From the NCBI GenBank assembly GCA_964016885.1, contig OZ024757.1, forward strand, positions 21,266,001-21,330,000: 64,000 nucleotides of DNA, written 5' to 3'. The position numbers were made by a program, and so were the translations under genes. Below the pieces are notes generated by a model. The model searched no databases, was not told where the DNA came from, and was given only the letters and a program-made list of their open reading frames with translations. The stretch is from Eledone cirrhosa. Lineage: Eukaryota. Shown here one piece after another: positions 59,888-64,000 of the stretch; position 1 is the stretch's first letter, and each line of letters begins with the position of its first letter.

Positions 59888-60150
59888 CAGTGCAGGATTT
59901 ACGTATAAGCTAAACAAGCTATAGCTTAGAGCGCCCACTTTCTTTGGGCCCCCCCAAAAATTGAAAAAAAAAACGGTGTGTACATTTCCAAAATATAAGA
60001 TAAAAAAGAACTAAAATAATGCAATAGTTTTAAACAGTTTTCTGCTTTAATATTGAACGTTTTGCAGTTTTTATAACATTTTTTATAACATATATAAGGC
60101 CCCATTATCTCAAATAGCTTAGGGCCTCATCAAATCTAAATCCGGCCCTG
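59888..60150. mobile_element. hAT-type MITE
   Basis: TIRs cagtgcaggattta / taaatccggccctg; 8-bp TSD agtacact / ggtacact. Confidence 0.75.
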
Positions 60151-60269
60151 GGTACACTGTATAATGATGATGATTTCTGAAGTAAGCACGAGGCCAACAA
60201 TTTGGGGAAAGGGAAATGTGATTATATCATCCCTCCAATACACACACTAACATTTTCCGATCTTGGGGT

Positions 60270-61835
60270 AGTACCTAGAAGTAGTTGATAGCTTCTGTTA
60301 CTTAGGTGACTATATGTGACTAAATTAGCAATAGAAGGGGCTGCCCTGAAAAATTATACTAGTTAGAATAAGAACAGGTTGGAAAAACTTCAGAGAGCTA
60401 CTACCTCTGTTGACAACAAAGGAATTTTCTCCTTGAGTAAAGGGTAGATTGTATGATGTTTGCATGATATGTGTGAGGTTGCATGGCTGTAGGTGCAGAG
60501 AATATCCAGAAGCTAGAGAGAAATGAAGATGGCATGATCCATTGGATGTGTAATGTTAAGGTGCCGGAACATAGAAGCCTGGATGAACAGAAAGAAAAGA
60601 TTGGTATCACACGAGAGAGGATTGCACTGGTATGGACATGTGGTGTGTACGGATGACGGTTGTTGGGTGACAGGAGTCTCTCAGTGGAAGGGAGCTGCAG
60701 TAGAGGAAGACCTGGCTGGAGAGAACAACCGAGTATAAGAGGAATCAAGTGTAGGAAACAAGAGAAAAGATTGTTTGTACTGGTATGGACGTATGGTGTA
60801 TATATATGGAGTATGATGGTATGGTGAAGAAGCGAGAGATGTGAGTGGAAGGAAGCTGCAGTAGAGGAAGACCTGGCTGGAGAGAACAACCGAGTATAAG
60901 AGGAATCAAGTGTAGGAAACAAGAGAAAAGATTGTTTGTACTGGTATGGACGTATGGTGTATATATATGGAGTATGATGGTATGGTGAAGAAGCGAGAGA
61001 TGTGAGTGGAAGGAAGCTGCAGTAGAGGAAGACCTGGCTGGAGAGAACAACCGAGTATAAGAGGAATCAAGTGTAGGAAACAAGAGAAAAGATTGTTTGT
61101 ACTGGTATGGACGTATGGTGTATATATATGGAGTATGATGGTATGGTGAAGAAGCGAGAGATGTGAGTGGAAGGAAGCTGCAGTAGAGGAAGACCTGGCT
61201 GGAGAGAACAACCGAGTATAAGAGGAATCAAGTGTAGGAAACAAGAGAAAAGATTGTTTGTACTGGTATGGACGTATGGTGTATATATATGGAGTATGAT
61301 GGTATGGTGAAGAAGCGAGAGATGTGAGTGGAAGGAAGCTGCAGTAGAGGAAGACCTGGCTGGAGAGAACAACCGAGTATAAGAGGAATCAAGTGTAGGA
61401 AACAATAGAAAAGATTGTTTGTACTGGTATGGACGTATGGTGTATATATATGGAGTATGATGGTATGGTGAAGAAGCGAGAGATGTGAGTGGAAGGAAGC
61501 TGCAGTAGAGGAAGACCTGGCTGGAGAGAACAACCGAGTATAAGAGGAATCAAGTGTAGGAAACAAGAGAAAAGATTGTTTGTACTGGTATGGACGTATG
61601 GTGTATATATATGGAGTATGATGGTATGGTGAAGAAGCGAGAGATGTGAGTGGAAGGAAGCTGCAGTGGAGGAAGACCTTGGGTAGATTAGAGCCGCTGT
61701 CAAGATGCTGCACCTCAGAGATGAGATGACAGAGAAAAGCAATGAGTGGTGGGAAGAGGTGCTGGAGAAGACAGAGACAACACAAGAAACTAATAAATGA
61801 TGATACAAACAGAATTGTATATATTGAGAGAATGC
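60270..61835 (+). pseudogene. Decayed RTE-like LINE RT/C-terminal region with a 161-bp segment amplified about 6 times (about 60690-61680)
   Basis: LEVVDSFCYLGD ... RIRTGWKNFRELLPLLTTKEFS..VKGRLYDVC ... LHWYGHV motifs with frameshifts; 161-bp period shown by ORF coordinates 60745, 60906, 61067 and 61228. Confidence 0.8.
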
Positions 61836-62744
61836 ATCAGTTGTTAGCTGTCGAGACACTGCATCCTTTAAGGCCTCCATGCTTCCCGAGATTCGCCAAA
61901 ACTACAGCTAATGTTCCCCCTCCATACACATACACACATGTATACCATGACTCATACACTATTCACATCCCTGACATTTGTGTATTATTCTATGTACTAT
62001 ACATACACCTTTGACGAGTTGTAGTGCACCTGAGCACTTTACACAATAATTTCATTATTATTATTATTATTATAACTTTGCCTTTCATCCTTAAGGGGTC
62101 GATAAAATAAAGTACCAGTAATACACTGGGTTAATTGCTGGCCTTGTGCCAAAAGTAGAAACAACTATTATTATAAATAAGTGCTCGACCTAATAGAAAT
62201 AGCAGCCGAATACCTTCAAATCATGTCCTACTGGATTAAAAAGAGGGACACATTAGACAGTGTAATCATAGACATACAAAATCTCGTTTGATCATGTCTG
62301 CGCAAATAGGGTTGACCTGGGGGTAATAATAACAAAAAACAACAACACAATCTTTTGGTCAGGTAGAAATAGCAGTAAAATCTCCCTAAAACGCCTCTAC
62401 CGATTCTGCCAATCCAAGTAATGAATGAATATTATGTAGTTTATCTACTAAATTTCGTAGTTGTTGATTAAACAAATATAATGAGATGACAGAGAAAAGC
62501 AATGAGGGAAGACACAGACAACACAAGAAACTAATCAATGATGATGGTACAAACAGAATTGTATATATTGAGAGATACTGTGATGAAAAGGACACTCCCC
62601 CCTCCGCCAAACCCGTGTAAGATGGGAAGGGGGGGGTGTTAAAACGTTGATGGTGATGATGATGATGTTGAGAGTGGAGTTGAAATATGAAATGAAAGGA
62701 TGAGGACAGGAATAATATGCCTACCTATTGACATAAATTGAAAT

Positions 62745-64000
62745 AACAACAGCAGCAGCAATGATGATGATGATGATGATAGTGATGATGATGGTGATGA
62801 TGATGATGATGATTGTGATGATGGTGATGATGATGATGATGATGATGATGATGGTGATTGTGGTGACGATGATGGTGGTTATGATAATGGTGATGGTGGT
62901 GATGATGATGATGATGAATGATTAATAAACAAATAAATAAATAAATGATTAAATATAAATGAAACAAACATTGAATCATTAGAAAACAAATAGCTTGACA
63001 GCAGAGGTGGTGGTGGTGGTGGTGGTAATGGTGGTGGTGGTGGTGTGGTGGTGGTGTAGGTGGTGGTGGTGTGGTGTGGTGGTGGTGGTGTGGTGGTGTT
63101 GTAGGTGGTGGTGAAAGTGTCTGTGAGTGAAAGTCAAGGAATTGAAAGAGCTGGAGACTGGAGACAAATATAGGAATTAGCAGGTCCCAGATGACGGGGT
63201 GTGGTGGGGTGGTGGTGGTGGTGGTGGAGTGGGTGTGGCGGGTGGGGCGGGGTGTGGTGGGGTGGTGGTGGTGGAGTGGGGTAGTGGGATGGAGAGGAGT
63301 GGGGGGTGGGGTGGGGGGTGGAGAGTTTGTTGAGAGAGATATAGAGGAAAAAGTAAGAGAGAAAAAGGAAGGGTGGAGAGGGAGAGAGATATTAGGCAGA
63401 GGGACAGTGGTGGTGGTGGTGTGGTGGTGTGGTGGTGGTGATGTGGTGTGGTGTGGTGATGTTGATGGTGGTGGTGTGGTGGTGGTGGAGGTGTTGGTGG
63501 TGGTGTGGTGTGGTGGTGGTAATGGTGGTGTGGTGGTGGTGTGGTGGTGGTGTGGTGTGGTGGTGGTAATGGTGGTGTGGTGGTGGTGTGGTGGTGGTGT
63601 GGTGGTGGTAGTGTGGTGGTGGTGGTAGTGTGGTGGTGGTGGTAGTGTGGTGGTGGTGGTGGTGTGGTGTGGTGGTGTGGTGGTGGTATGTTGGTGGTGG
63701 TGGTGGAGGCAGTGGTGGTGGTATTGGTGATGCTGTTAGTGGTGGATGGCAGTGGTGTTGGAGGTAGTGGTGGGGGTTGTAGTGTTGTTAGTGGTGTTGA
63801 TGTGTGTCTGTGTGTCTGTGTGTCTATGTGTGTATGTGTGTGTGTGTGTGCACATGCCTTTGCATTTGTATGAATATTTTTCAGTGTATGTGCATGCACA
63901 GATATATGTGTGCATGTGTGAGTATTAAGAGTGTCTGTGTATGTGAGTGCATGCATTTAATTGAATGCATTTGTGTATTTATCACCTTGTATGTGTATAT
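62745..64000. repeat. (GAT)n, (GGT)n and (GT)n microsatellites
   Basis: Direct inspection. Confidence 0.9.

Overview
Eukaryotic, repeat-saturated non-coding DNA. It is most likely a cephalopod (octopus-like) genome, judged from the tRNA-derived SINEs with (GAT)n/(ATT)n tails and the very high density of (TA)n/(CA)n/(TATG)n microsatellites; this assignment is an inference. Almost all ORFs in the supplied track are microsatellite artefacts. The only protein-like sequences are 3' fragments of non-LTR retrotransposons: an R4/Dong-like RLE domain at 8.2-8.6 kb, RTE-like pieces at 19.9-20.2 kb and 60.3-61.8 kb, and a CR1-like piece at 24.4-25.3 kb. A few weak minus-strand micro-exon candidates are also present. 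The window further holds dozens of copies of two main SINE families (A and B), piggyBac-type and hAT-type MITEs, and several 119-161 bp tandem arrays built from retroelement pieces. The most striking unexplained structure is a set of at least six unrelated short non-coding elements sitting in (TA)n tracts that share one architecture, an asymmetric palindrome (arm, hairpin or spacer, mirror arm, one-sided extension). Most carry type I hammerhead ribozyme motifs. The motif is complete at 5173-5243, 4994-5064 and 39842-39912, variant at about 19062-19180, and reduced to its 3' half at 193-300, 37868-37960 and 56408-56705, where the palindrome axis falls in the presumed stem II. These look like non-autonomous Penelope-like elements made by fold-back (self-primed) synthesis. 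Similar snap-back scars occur at SINE insertion junctions (18408-18434, 25458-25585, 33518-33808, 39537-39564, 59052-59745).
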